A DNA stretch of 64,000 nt from a virus. Shown here one piece after another: positions 46,753 to 57,695 of the stretch (position 1 is its first letter; each line of letters opens with the position of its first letter). The stretch is from positions 1-64,000 of the IMG/VR virus record IMGVR_UViG_3300035698_012962; one strand, given 5' to 3'. The notes under the pieces were generated by a model that did no database searches, was not told where the DNA came from, and was given only the letters and a program-made list of their open reading frames with translations. A program made the translations under genes and the position numbers.

Positions 46753-47913
46753 TTATATGGAATTTATGATAACCTCCCATTGACTCCCAATATTGTTTAT
46801 AGAAAACTTATTTAATATGTACTGTTTACCTTGCTCTTTAATAGTATCTTTAAATTTATGATCACCTTCTAATTTATTGATGTTCTGAATTATTGTGGAA
46901 ATGTTATCTTTAAATTCACCCTTCAAATCTTTAGTTAATGGTTCCTTTTGTAACTCTTCAATTTTAATTCCATTAGGAACATCTAACCATATACAAAAAT
47001 CATTAAAATTCTCTGGTAGTGCACCCAACGGATATGTAAGTGGTATTGTACCAAATGCAATAGCTTCTGCCACTACACATGAAAATGTATCTTTATGTAC
47101 ATCTTTATATGGTGTATATAATGGATATATAAAATACTCACTTTCAGCTAAGTGTTTAAATAATGTAAGTTTATCCACTCCATCATGTCTATGGAACCAT
47201 GAATCTTTATAATCATGGATAGTCATTAAATAATCAAATACGTGAAACTCTTTATTGGGAAATTCCAATTTTTTAATTGTATTATACGCAACATCACCAC
47301 CTCTTGCCCAAGATGCATGAAAAATGAATTTGTGTTTTTTCTTTTCTATGTTTAAATTTAATACTTCTTCAATGATATCGCATTGAATGGGATTTGATAT
47401 TACAACCGAAGTGAAATCATCAGAGTCCTTTTTCATTCTATCTAATGTAGGTTGGTTCATTGACTTTTCCCAATTAGATATATTTACAACTCTCAATTTT
47501 AAATTATTATTTTTCACAAATGATAACATGTCATCTATTGAATAAATCCATTGCATATGTGACCAATAAATTAATGATTTTGTTACTGTAATCGGTAATG
47601 TATCATAATCAGAAAACCATAAACTTGTAATAAGGATATCAAATTCTACATTGTCAATACTATCGAACTTCAAATTTGTATAACATACACCTCTTATTAT
47701 ATCCCCATGTTGGTATTTTTTATGTTCCTCTTTTGGTTCTTCTAATTCGTCTGTAGCAATAACTACGTCATGCCCAATGGATGATAAGTATTCAGCTACT
47801 AATATGGTACTACTATCCGTTCCTGATACCCCAGATCCTCCATATCGCATCGTATCTCCATTGATATATGTACTTCTCCTACCATTCCCGATTAAAATAA
47901 ATGCGATTCTCAT
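46753..47913 (-). CDS. GT-B (GT4-like) glycosyltransferase
   Basis: GGSGVSGTD, GHDV and IYP.....DTFSCVVAEAIAFG..P....GALPE motifs. Confidence 0.8.
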   Translation of the reverse strand: MRIAFILIGNGRRSTYINGDTMRYGGSGVSGTDSSTILVAEYLSSIGHDVVIATDELEEPKEEHKKYQHGDIIRGVCYTNLKFDSIDNVEFDILITSLWFSDYDTLPITVTKSLIYWSHMQWIYSIDDMLSFVKNNNLKLRVVNISNWEKSMNQPTLDRMKKDSDDFTSVVISNPIQCDIIEEVLNLNIEKKKHKFIFHASWARGGDVAYNTIKKLEFPNKEFHVFDYLMTIHDYKDSWFHRHDGVDKLTLFKHLAESEYFIYPLYTPYKDVHKDTFSCVVAEAIAFGTIPLTYPLGALPENFNDFCIWLDVPNGIKIEELQKEPLTKDLKGEFKDNISTIIQNINKLEGDHKFKDTIKEQGKQYILNKFSINNIGSQWEVIINSI

Positions 47914-49172
47914 AATTCCATTTCAAGTGGATCTGTCCATTGATCATTTGATAACATACCGAACATGACAACTCTAGATCCTTTCACTTTTCCTTTTTTT
48001 ATCTTAACAACGTGTGAGTTTACTTTATAATTGAATACATCCTTATCCTTATCAGGTGTGAAATCGTTTCTATATATTTCTTTCTCATCCTTATCAATAA
48101 CACCAAATGTTATGAATTTATAACTATTATCTTTTACCCTTTCCTTAAAATGATCAACATCCCAAAAAACCTTGACATCAATCTCTTTATCATCTTCAGT
48201 TTCGATTGGATTTGGCGGTTGTTTGACTTTTAATGTATAATCTTGTATTTTACAATTTTTAAAATCAAGTCCTGTATATATTTCATAATCTCGTAATGAA
48301 CGAACTTTACCTAATCCATATTTTCGTGATATATCTATTTCATTATCTTCTTGTCCAAATAACTGTCTAGTCTTTTTCCTCGCAAATCCATCTCGTTCAT
48401 TACTAAGAGTTCCTGTTTTGGATTCCGTACCATGATCTTCCCAATGTTTAGGTCTACCTTCTCTTGTATACTCATGCCAAATATATTGTCGATATGGACT
48501 GAAAAAATCATATCCATGTGTCCAAGCCCTCACACTCATTGTAGCTTCTTCACAATAACCACCAAAATAAATTTCAGGATCATAAGGTACTCTATTAATA
48601 AAATCACTATCTGCTAAGTAAAAATGTCCACTTATAGTTCTTGCTTTAATTACAGAAGTTCGTTCTTTATAATCTTGTATATACCACGGCATTGACATTA
48701 GTAATTTATCATTACTAAATTCATACTGTGACATTAATGTAGGTGTTGGATTTATATTCTGTGGTTCATTTTCCCAATCCGACACTTGAAATGGTGTAAG
48801 ATATGTAGTTAATATTGGATAATCTGAATATTCCCAGCATTGAGCGTAATCATCTAACATCATAACATCCCAATTTTTTAGAAATCTATGGTGAGAATCA
48901 AATTGTAATGTCAATCCCTCATTGTTCCATAATTTAGACACTTCAGATCTTGCCCACCCTAAACCTTGACTATCACTATAATGATAATCTAAATACGTAA
49001 CATTTGGGTGATCTTCAAATTCTTCTAATGATTCGGTTTCATCGTGTTGCCAACAAATCCCAATATTAAACCGCTCTGGATGTTTAGCATTTTCAAATAA
49101 ACTCCGAAGGGTCGGTACTAATTGTGGATCTCTATAACTTGCTATCTGTACAAATATTTTATCTGTTTTCAT
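47910..49172 (-). CDS. GT60-like polypeptide GlcNAc-transferase (Skp1 Gnt1/GlcNAc family)
   Basis: IFVQIASYRDP, G.GWAR, LQFDSHHRF..NWD, VPYDP..YF...EE..MSVRAWTHGYD and WHEY.R motifs. Confidence 0.8.
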   Translation of the reverse strand: MKTDKIFVQIASYRDPQLVPTLRSLFENAKHPERFNIGICWQHDETESLEEFEDHPNVTYLDYHYSDSQGLGWARSEVSKLWNNEGLTLQFDSHHRFLKNWDVMMLDDYAQCWEYSDYPILTTYLTPFQVSDWENEPQNINPTPTLMSQYEFSNDKLLMSMPWYIQDYKERTSVIKARTISGHFYLADSDFINRVPYDPEIYFGGYCEEATMSVRAWTHGYDFFSPYRQYIWHEYTREGRPKHWEDHGTESKTGTLSNERDGFARKKTRQLFGQEDNEIDISRKYGLGKVRSLRDYEIYTGLDFKNCKIQDYTLKVKQPPNPIETEDDKEIDVKVFWDVDHFKERVKDNSYKFITFGVIDKDEKEIYRNDFTPDKDKDVFNYKVNSHVVKIKKGKVKGSRVVMFGMLSNDQWTDPLEMEL

Positions 49173-49216
49173 ATTAACTTATTTCGTTATTTATATATAT
49201 TATATATTATATATTT

Positions 49217-49462
49217 TTAACATAAATCCGTAGTCATTACACCACCGCTATTATTAATTTGATGCACAGTACCACCATTCGCAAACCAATTACTATTTCC
49301 AGTTAAAGTTGTAGTTAATGATGAATTTGGACCATCATCTGGAAATCCCTTAGTTACAGCAATTTCTTGAATAAATTCAGGGAAGCGGATTTCAATCCAT
49401 TCTTCTATAATTTTCTTTGGAATAAAGATAGGATCATTAAAATTATTTAAATTCACAGTCAT
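49217..49462 (-). pseudogene. Chimeric remnant: copy of the cca N-terminus joined to a tail-protein-like C-terminus
   Basis: IPKKIIEEWI..RFPEFI.E.AVT.GFPDDGPNS matches the 40871-43060 N-terminus, then switches to SLTTTLTGNSNWF...HQINNSG......C. Confidence 0.65.
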
Positions 49463-49704
49463 ATTAATATATTAATTATATAATATAAGTATAAGAAAAG
49501 TTGTTTTTAAATAACTTTTTGACAAGATGGGAATTTATCGCTAGTGTCGACACTATATAGTGTCTAAGTTATCATGTTTAATTTTTAAAATATATATTAA
49601 TATTCATTTAATCACTTTTAAGTGTGGCACTATGTAGTGTCTGCACTAGAGGTATAGAATTTTTTTTTAATGCGCCAACGATTTTACATTCTTTTACAAA
49701 TATT
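49321..49704. repeat. Diverged direct repeat, copy 2
   Basis: Matches 42925-43329; contains the perfect palindrome TAGTGTCGACACTA at 49542-49555. Confidence 0.8.
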
Positions 49705-49858
49705 TACAATTGTAAAATAGTTCTGAAATTTCATTAAAAATGATCTTAACTTATAGGTTTCTATACATTTTTTGATATTATATTTTATATTTTTTTAAAA
49801 TAAGTTGTATTTTATCTGATATTGTAATTGTAGGAATAAAACTAAGTATGAGTAATCT

Positions 49859-50626
49859 TTAACAACTACTTTGTCCAGATAATAATTCTCCACTACCCCC
49901 ACTAACTTGTCTGTAAAAATCAGCTGATAAGAAATTACCTTCCGTACCACGAGCATAATAACCATTAGGTGCAGGATTTGTTTCAGCATTTGTTGTATAA
50001 AGAAAATCAGCATCACTAAATGTACCATTTGGTGAGTACCAATATTGTACATAATTATTTGGATCTGCCCATGCACTACATGCGGTTGATGCAGTACTGG
50101 CGTGATATGTGAGAAATATTGATTGCAATCCTGTAGTATTTATTCCATATGTAGTAGAAACTAAATGATCTCCTGTTTCTCTATTGAATCCATTATAATA
50201 AAGTAATTGAAATTGATAATTGGTTCCTGGTTGTAAACCGGTTGATGTATGAGGTCTGTTATTATTATTTGTAATAGTATCTATTGTTTCAATTGTTGTA
50301 AAACCACCACTACTTCCTACTCTTCGTTGCACAATTATAACCATTTTTGCACCAAATCCAACCGGAAAGTTTCCCCATTGACTTACTATAATATCAAATG
50401 ATATAGAATTATTTAATGGAACTACATTACTTGCCCAATTAACTGGGATAGATGGACTATCTGTATTTGCAAAAAACAAACGTGTATATTGATTCCCTGT
50501 AGAAAATGTAGCTGCATCATATATATCCCGTAATCCTTTTTGAGTTGCATTAATACGTGCAGATTTAGTACTTGATCCAAATTGATTATAAATTTCTAAA
50601 CGTGTTGGGGTAGAACTTAAAGCCAT
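49859..50626 (-). CDS. Virion protein with fibronectin type III-like domain
   Basis: TGLQPGTNYQFQL FN3-like signature; C-terminal Cys-bounded domain ending in C. Confidence 0.65.
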   Translation of the reverse strand: MALSSTPTRLEIYNQFGSSTKSARINATQKGLRDIYDAATFSTGNQYTRLFFANTDSPSIPVNWASNVVPLNNSISFDIIVSQWGNFPVGFGAKMVIIVQRRVGSSGGFTTIETIDTITNNNNRPHTSTGLQPGTNYQFQLLYYNGFNRETGDHLVSTTYGINTTGLQSIFLTYHASTASTACSAWADPNNYVQYWYSPNGTFSDADFLYTTNAETNPAPNGYYARGTEGNFLSADFYRQVSGGSGELLSGQSSC

Positions 50627-53600
50627 TATTTAATCCTTTCTTCTAATTTTTTGATTCTTTCTTCAAGTTGTTTAACTTTTTCTTGTTCTTCTTTCAACTT
50701 CATATGTAATTCATTTACACTTACTGCCGCTACACCTGCAAGGGATAATCCTGATACTGTTAGTATTTCACCAAATTCTTCATCTTTAATTGAACTTACT
50801 AAATCAGGATCATTTTGTTCTAATTCTTGTGCAATAATACCCCATTCTTTATATTCACTTCCTCGTTTTGTAAAGTTATATAATTTTACATTTTCTAATA
50901 ATTTTAATCCGCTACCTTCTTTATGTATGGTTTTAACACGTTTATCTGATGGTGATATATGATTTGGAGCAATATTATTTCCTGTTGTTTGTATTACTCC
51001 ATTAGTCCCAATTGCCGCAACTGGAACTAATCCGGCTTTCCCCCATGTCCACCCACGACCTACAGTACCATCCATTGAATTTTTAATACTATAATCAGTT
51101 ACAGGACCATATTTATAATCAGTACCTGTTCCCATACTAATTTTATATGATTCATTTGACCACAACCTTATACCATTTCCTTCAGCCGGGACAATATCCA
51201 GTTTTGTGACAGTAGGTATAGAAAAAGTAGGACTATCAGTGGTGCCAACAGATTGACCAATAGCAATAGATGGATTACCACTTACACCATTTCCATTACT
51301 AACTGTTACGCCCGCTTCACCTATAATTGTTCTTGCTGAGAATGCATTAGATGATGTTCGAGTTAATATACCATTTGAATTAAAATTATGAAGTGTTAAT
51401 GCTTGTCCTGTTAATGAAATTGTACCTGAAGTAGTTATTGTACCGCCTGTCAACCCCGTTCCTGTTCCAATTGATGTAACTCCACTACTTACTGACCAAG
51501 ACCGATTAGCACTTAAATCATATCCGACCCCATTAATAGTCAATATTCTTCCAGTAGGTACGGCACCTATTTGAGTAGTAGTTACTGAATGAGGATTATT
51601 TGTTGTAGATACGTGATTATATCCACTATCCCAATTTGTCGATTTAGTTGAATCAATATTAAGTGTAATCGTTTGGTTAGATGATTGGTTTAATGAAAAA
51701 TTACCACCGTCTGATAAATTAGTGCCTGCTGATATCGTTATTGTAGAGTTATTTGGAATGGAGGTTCCTGTGCCACCTGTAGAACCACCTAATACACTTG
51801 CCAATGATAGTAATTCACCAGTACCTAATTTTACAAACAATCCGTTTTGATTTAATAATACGTGCTGTTCTACTTGCTGCACTGTATATGAAAAATCTGC
51901 AGCAGTTGCACCCACTACACTTGGATCGCCATGCGAAATACCAAATTTTAATGTATAATTGTTTTGTATAGGTATGAAACTTATTACACCGTGACTAATG
52001 TTTGTTGGTTCTCCTGAAGTAGCAAACTCAGTATCATCTATTGAAAATGTCCATCCTTGTGCCGTATTAGTAGTTCCAGATGTTACTGTTACTGAATTAA
52101 TTTTTACTATAATGATACTATTTTGGTATGCACTTAAATCAATAGAAGTTGTTTCAGTTGAATATGTAGAACCAGCCGTTCCGCTATTAACTTCATGAAC
52201 TGTAGTAATTATTGTATTTGTTGTAGGAGTTCCCTGTGGAAAATCAGGAATACCAAAATTTGCATCGGGGCCGATCACCACTGAAGGTGTTGATTTCGTT
52301 GGGAGTGAGATGTTATTTACTACTGTTAAGTTACCTAATTCACCATCTGTTGCTATTATACTACCTGAGATTTCTAAGTTTTGACCTGTCCATAGTAATG
52401 AACCTGATGCTCCAGCAAGAGACATTTTATAATCAGTATCTACCTTCCCAATGAATATCCCTTCATTTCCATAGATACCTTGAACCGGATCTTGTCCTAA
52501 TGAGAAAAATGGCCCTGAAACTCCATTTGATCCTGATATTGGATCTCCACCGTATAATGTAATATTAGCAGTCGCCGGAGCGGTTGTTGCATTATTCCCA
52601 ATATTAATAGTATTTCGTACAAACGATTCATCGAATATAGCTATTTTAGCAGCAACAAAGAAATCTTCCGTACCTAAATCCTGCCAATAAGTAGTATTAG
52701 TTGGTAAATTACCTTGCGTTTGTTGTAATGTAGCATAATATCTTTCATTATATAAAACTGCATCTCTTCTAGCACCTGCTCCTGTTGTGAATTGATATGT
52801 TCTTGCATTATCATATTCACCTGTAAATACCACACCAGGGCCGGTATTCCCATCTAATACGATGTATAAGATATGTTCTAATCCACTTATAGTTACAGTC
52901 GTTCCATCTGTTGTTTTATATTCTACATCAAATGATATTGTTATTGGTGAAAACCCTGTTGGTGTAGATGGTGTTACACTTCCATTATTATTATTAGTTC
53001 CATTTGTAATATTTACAATTCTAAATCTTCTATTATCAGCTAAAGTTGATTGGTATATAAAAGTACCACTTTTATCAAATACTTTTAAGGAAAATATAGA
53101 TGGTGTTGAATATGTTTCATCAATAGGATCGTAAACAACCTGTGAAGTTGCAGGTACAATATTTACAGTTACCCCATCCGACCCGTCTGCACCATCACCG
53201 CCATCTGTTGAAACTTTAATAGTGTGTATTAAACTTGTAGAATTAGAATTACCTTCAGAATCTTTGTATGTTATCGGTATAGTTAACGTAATACCACTTG
53301 CCCCTACATCTGCAGGATAAATTGTATCACCTACTACGGAAGCACCTGTAATCGAGCCTATTTGAAATTGACTATTACCAGTACCAATTGTGTATGTTGT
53401 TTCACCTTCCTTTACAGTTACAGTAAATGACTGTGGAGATTCAATTACACTAGTATTTGATTGGTTAACAGTTTGTGAATATGACGATAATTGAGCTGTA
53501 ACAGATGGAACCCCAGCGGTAGCGGCTGAAACAGAAAACTCAATCCCACCTGTATCAGTTTCACCAATTGAATTCATCCATTGAATAGAAATATTCCCAT

Positions 53601-56600
53601 TTACTTGTTTTCCTGTTACAATAGTAGGTGTAGTAGGTTGAACCGTTGTATTAGTAGTGGCGCCACCAACTGTACCAGATGAAGATAATATTTTAAACGT
53701 ATTTGATGTTAATGTAGTACCAAAAGAAACACCTGTATAATTAGCACCACCTTCATTTACAAATACTGTAATTGGATTTGGAGTATTTACACTTGTTAAG
53801 TTTGAATTTGATTCAACTGTCTGTGAAATTGGCTCTCCATAATATATAGTTGTAGGTTTCGCTTCTTTAGAAACACTAACATTGAATATTACTGATTCAT
53901 TAGTAAACTCTACACCTTCAGAGTTCATATAATTTACTAATGCAGATCCTGTTATTCCTAAATTAGTAGATGGTGTATCTGGTTGAATAATTGTATCAGT
54001 TACTAATGTACCACCTTCTACATTTGTATTTACTTTAAATTGATTTGGTTGTAATGTTGAAGCAAATGGAATAGATGAATATAAACTTCCACCTTCAGTT
54101 ACTTTAATTTCTATTTCTCTTGGTGTATCAACATCTGAAAAATTATCATTTGCTCTAACACTCTGAGTGGATGGATCTGCACGTAATGCTATTAAAGGTT
54201 TTGCATCTTTTGTTTTTGATAATGATAAATTATCTGTAATATTTCTTACAACATTTTCAGTATCTTGAACCTGAATATCCAGATCTATTTTGGAAAAATC
54301 AACTCCTCCATCAATGACACTGCCTGTTAAATTAATTAACACAGTATCCGTACCTTCACCTGAAATTGAAACTGGTGAAATTGAAGAAGAAACTAAATTT
54401 ATATTACTAATTGTAGCAAATTGTGAAGAACCTTCGTATATTTCCTGTACCCTCACTTCTACAATAGATAAGTTACTTGATGGTTTTTGTATTCCAGTTG
54501 AAAATGAATTTACTGTTTGATTTCTTGGTGAAATGAATGGTGTTAATATAGGTGCGGCGATCTTTGCCTTGGAATAGTTTATACTTCTATTAACAACTTC
54601 TATTTTACCAGCCCCATCTTTATAAGTTATTTCCAAATTAATAACAGCTTCTGTCTGTGAAGCAGGAAATGATGAAAGCCCAACGGTTGCAGTAGTACCA
54701 CTTTGATTTGGAGGTATTGGTAATAATGTAGATGAAGCACCTCCACCGTTTCCATTTATTAATGTATAACCTGTTATTTCCCAACTATTTGGAAGTTGTG
54801 TAGGTGAAGTATTATATTGGATACTATCATCACTTACTGTGACAGATAAATTTACATTTCCATCTACAACATTATCTATCAAAACACCAGTAGATTTAGA
54901 ATTAAATGTATGAGTTTCTTTTGTTAATTTTACATTTACCGCATCATCTATAATTACTGGATCAATTTTCACTGAATCCGTATATGGAATACCCCTAACA
55001 TCATTCACAGAGAATGTATATCTTGTAGTTCCATCTAATGCTTGATATGTATTATTACCAGTTCCCGCAGTTAATATATAAGTTTCAGTTGGTGTAGGTG
55101 GACTGACCGCAGTAAACTCTCTTCCCGATGGATCTGTAGAACTTGTAGTTTCATTACCTACAGGTAAATTTTCTTTTGTTAATTCTATTTGAATTGTTTG
55201 ATTTGCTGGATAAGGTCGTAAATCAGTTCTTTTATATGTAAATTGATTTTTATCTGCACTTACTTTTAATTGTTTCGCCGAATCTCCAACATCTTGTCGA
55301 TATATAGTGAATACAGATTCCACAGGAAAATCAGTTTGTGTTGGATCTTCTTGAACGGAATACACAATACTACCTACAATATTTCTATAATCTGTGATTG
55401 GGTTTTCGTGATAAGAGCCAGTGAAATTTGCAATGGGTAATGTGTATACTTCTCTATTACTTGTATTTGTTTGTTCTATTAACTCTCCGGGGTAATCAAA
55501 CGAAGATCCAGTATATTTTCCTTCTGGTATTATACTTCCAGTAATATCATATACTTCTCTATTTATTAACAAATCACCAAATATTTTATTTTTTAAAATA
55601 GTGATTGTCTTTAATTGGTTTTCAGGTGTTGGTAAATCTTCAGCATCAAATGCAAAGAATGGATTTGGGTTAAAGTTTATTTGTAAACTCTTATCAATAG
55701 ATTGAACATTACCCGCGCTGAATGTTTGGGTTTTGAATATATTAACGGGAATATAATTATTATTGATATCGTAAAACTCAAATTTAAAATCAAACGTTTC
55801 AATTTCTAATTCTCGTCTAATTGGAACCGTAAATGAGATATCGTCAGGAGAAAATGAAGTTTCTTGTGAAGATTTAAAAGAAACTTTACCAAAATCCCAT
55901 CTCTCTCCTGCTATTTCAAATATTAATGTATATTCACCCGTTTCTTTAATTTTTACATTTCTAGCAATAGTTTGAACATTTTTTAGTATACTTGTAGGTT
56001 TGAACTTTACTATATCAGTTTTTACAGTGCTCCCTGAATCTCGGTCTGTTTCTAAATAAACATATACTAATTCCTTTGGAGTAATGTCACCTGTAAATTT
56101 CATATCAAACTCAAGTGTATACTCACCATTTTCAAATAAACGTACTTTTTTATCTAATGATATTTTTTGTGGTACGGTTTCACTTAATCCACCCTCAATT
56201 TTTAAACCGCCTAATACATTTTCATTTGTTTGGGTAACTGTATAATTCCCAGTAGTACTCCAATAATTTTGCCAATCTTGTGTGAATAATCCAATAGGTA
56301 CTATGGAGCCACTTTCTACTACTTGTAAATATTCTTTGGACTCAAGTAACATATCCTCAATTAATTCGTAGTCAGAAATGGATAGTGCTGGTTTGGATAA
56401 TATTTTAACCCTAGCAACATCACCAACGAATGTTCGTAATTGTTGCATATCAAATTGAGCGAATGAGGCGAGAACTGAAGATTCATTTGTTACTTCAACT
56501 GTTTCATATGCTAATTCATAATTTGTAGCATCAAATGAAGCAACTTTACCATTTATGACATACGGTTGTCTTATAATTAATTCTTTATCATTGATGAAAC

Positions 56601-57318
56601 TATCAACTGGTTGGTTATTAATTCCAACACCACTTACTGTAATAGATGTATTTCTAGGTGAGATTGGAGTTGGAAATATACCATCTGTCTTTCTTAATTT
56701 ATAAAATACAGAACCAGGAAACTTATTTAACGTAGTACCCTCTTCAGGTTGAACTGGAATACCTCGTATTGAGCCTGAATCTATACTTGTTTCAAATCTC
56801 CGATTAAATAACGAACCACTTAATTCAGTAATATCAATTTCTGGTCTTCTATAAAATCTAACTTTATCTTCATTAGCTAAATTTCTGTTTATTTTAAATG
56901 TTTTTTCCCATTTAATATTATATATTCCCTTCCATTCATCAGGTACTTCTACAGTATCACCAGATTCATCTACATAAGTTTTTAATTCACCAAAAATACG
57001 AATAGTTGCTTCACCGATTGGTGTATCTCCGTAAATATGAACAGAAACTACTTTAGATAGCCCTTCATAATATTCAGGAACACCATCCCCTGGTTCGTGA
57101 TAAACAGGAGTTCCATTAACATCTAAAATTTCAATTTGAAGTTCTGTGGATTCCTTTAAAAATTTAGTACCTTCAATTAAAAATCCGTTCTTTCCGCCAG
57201 TGAATACATCTTTAAACTCATCTACTTTAAAATAAAAAGATTTTGGATCGGTATCCGTTATAAACGTTTTATACGATTCTAAATTTAATCTCGGTGAGAA
57301 TGATTTTATTATAGGCAA
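50626..57318 (-). CDS. Very large tail/baseplate fibre protein (2230 aa) with C-terminal S74-like chaperone
   Basis: TTG start, F.GGKN.FLI.G N-terminal domain, repeated SQ(T/S)V Ig-like units, YW carbohydrate-binding-like motif, SDKRVK...WGIIAQEL...coiled coil. Confidence 0.8.
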   Translation of the reverse strand: MPIIKSFSPRLNLESYKTFITDTDPKSFYFKVDEFKDVFTGGKNGFLIEGTKFLKESTELQIEILDVNGTPVYHEPGDGVPEYYEGLSKVVSVHIYGDTPIGEATIRIFGELKTYVDESGDTVEVPDEWKGIYNIKWEKTFKINRNLANEDKVRFYRRPEIDITELSGSLFNRRFETSIDSGSIRGIPVQPEEGTTLNKFPGSVFYKLRKTDGIFPTPISPRNTSITVSGVGINNQPVDSFINDKELIIRQPYVINGKVASFDATNYELAYETVEVTNESSVLASFAQFDMQQLRTFVGDVARVKILSKPALSISDYELIEDMLLESKEYLQVVESGSIVPIGLFTQDWQNYWSTTGNYTVTQTNENVLGGLKIEGGLSETVPQKISLDKKVRLFENGEYTLEFDMKFTGDITPKELVYVYLETDRDSGSTVKTDIVKFKPTSILKNVQTIARNVKIKETGEYTLIFEIAGERWDFGKVSFKSSQETSFSPDDISFTVPIRRELEIETFDFKFEFYDINNNYIPVNIFKTQTFSAGNVQSIDKSLQINFNPNPFFAFDAEDLPTPENQLKTITILKNKIFGDLLINREVYDITGSIIPEGKYTGSSFDYPGELIEQTNTSNREVYTLPIANFTGSYHENPITDYRNIVGSIVYSVQEDPTQTDFPVESVFTIYRQDVGDSAKQLKVSADKNQFTYKRTDLRPYPANQTIQIELTKENLPVGNETTSSTDPSGREFTAVSPPTPTETYILTAGTGNNTYQALDGTTRYTFSVNDVRGIPYTDSVKIDPVIIDDAVNVKLTKETHTFNSKSTGVLIDNVVDGNVNLSVTVSDDSIQYNTSPTQLPNSWEITGYTLINGNGGGASSTLLPIPPNQSGTTATVGLSSFPASQTEAVINLEITYKDGAGKIEVVNRSINYSKAKIAAPILTPFISPRNQTVNSFSTGIQKPSSNLSIVEVRVQEIYEGSSQFATISNINLVSSSISPVSISGEGTDTVLINLTGSVIDGGVDFSKIDLDIQVQDTENVVRNITDNLSLSKTKDAKPLIALRADPSTQSVRANDNFSDVDTPREIEIKVTEGGSLYSSIPFASTLQPNQFKVNTNVEGGTLVTDTIIQPDTPSTNLGITGSALVNYMNSEGVEFTNESVIFNVSVSKEAKPTTIYYGEPISQTVESNSNLTSVNTPNPITVFVNEGGANYTGVSFGTTLTSNTFKILSSSGTVGGATTNTTVQPTTPTIVTGKQVNGNISIQWMNSIGETDTGGIEFSVSAATAGVPSVTAQLSSYSQTVNQSNTSVIESPQSFTVTVKEGETTYTIGTGNSQFQIGSITGASVVGDTIYPADVGASGITLTIPITYKDSEGNSNSTSLIHTIKVSTDGGDGADGSDGVTVNIVPATSQVVYDPIDETYSTPSIFSLKVFDKSGTFIYQSTLADNRRFRIVNITNGTNNNNGSVTPSTPTGFSPITISFDVEYKTTDGTTVTISGLEHILYIVLDGNTGPGVVFTGEYDNARTYQFTTGAGARRDAVLYNERYYATLQQTQGNLPTNTTYWQDLGTEDFFVAAKIAIFDESFVRNTINIGNNATTAPATANITLYGGDPISGSNGVSGPFFSLGQDPVQGIYGNEGIFIGKVDTDYKMSLAGASGSLLWTGQNLEISGSIIATDGELGNLTVVNNISLPTKSTPSVVIGPDANFGIPDFPQGTPTTNTIITTVHEVNSGTAGSTYSTETTSIDLSAYQNSIIIVKINSVTVTSGTTNTAQGWTFSIDDTEFATSGEPTNISHGVISFIPIQNNYTLKFGISHGDPSVVGATAADFSYTVQQVEQHVLLNQNGLFVKLGTGELLSLASVLGGSTGGTGTSIPNNSTITISAGTNLSDGGNFSLNQSSNQTITLNIDSTKSTNWDSGYNHVSTTNNPHSVTTTQIGAVPTGRILTINGVGYDLSANRSWSVSSGVTSIGTGTGLTGGTITTSGTISLTGQALTLHNFNSNGILTRTSSNAFSARTIIGEAGVTVSNGNGVSGNPSIAIGQSVGTTDSPTFSIPTVTKLDIVPAEGNGIRLWSNESYKISMGTGTDYKYGPVTDYSIKNSMDGTVGRGWTWGKAGLVPVAAIGTNGVIQTTGNNIAPNHISPSDKRVKTIHKEGSGLKLLENVKLYNFTKRGSEYKEWGIIAQELEQNDPDLVSSIKDEEFGEILTVSGLSLAGVAAVSVNELHMKLKEEQEKVKQLEERIKKLEERIK

Positions 57319-57345
57319 AATATTATTATTTTAAGTGTATTCGTA

Positions 57346-57354
57346 TATAAATAC
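57346..57354 (-). promoter_or_regulatory. Putative late promoter
   Basis: TATAAATAC about 28 bp upstream of 57318. Confidence 0.45.
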
Positions 57355-57527
57355 TCAAAAAATGAAAAATGTATATATATTAATATAGAATTTTATAGAA
57401 TTGTATAGTTATTCAAATTTTGATTGTAACGAAGTGAATTAAAATAGAGAAGTATGTTTTACACCTTACCCTATTGAACACCGTAGAATTGAAATTTGAT
57501 GGGTTAATGTTAAAATAAATAAGTAGA

Positions 57528-57695
57528 ATGGAAAAGAGATATACAACATTACAAATAAACAAAGAATTGCACAGAGAATTAAAAGAATATTGTAAAAAAC
57601 GGGGATTTAAGATATCCGGTTTGGTAGAAACTATTATAAAAAATAAAATAACACCTTCCCGATCAAACGAAAAGGTGTTAAAGGTTAAACGTTGA
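57528..57695 (+). CDS. Ribbon-helix-helix-like small DNA-binding protein (below the ORF track cutoff)
   Basis: Hand translation MEKRYTTLQINKELHRELKEYCKKRGFKISGLVETIIKNKITPSRSNEKVLKVKR shows a beta-helix-G-helix pattern. Confidence 0.7.
   Translation: MEKRYTTLQINKELHRELKEYCKKRGFKISGLVETIIKNKITPSRSNEKVLKVKR

Noticed and set aside
43140-49649. Possible CRISPR mini-array from the TAGTGT palindromes
   Set aside because: Units are abutting or inverted with no regular unique spacers, and there are no cas genes.
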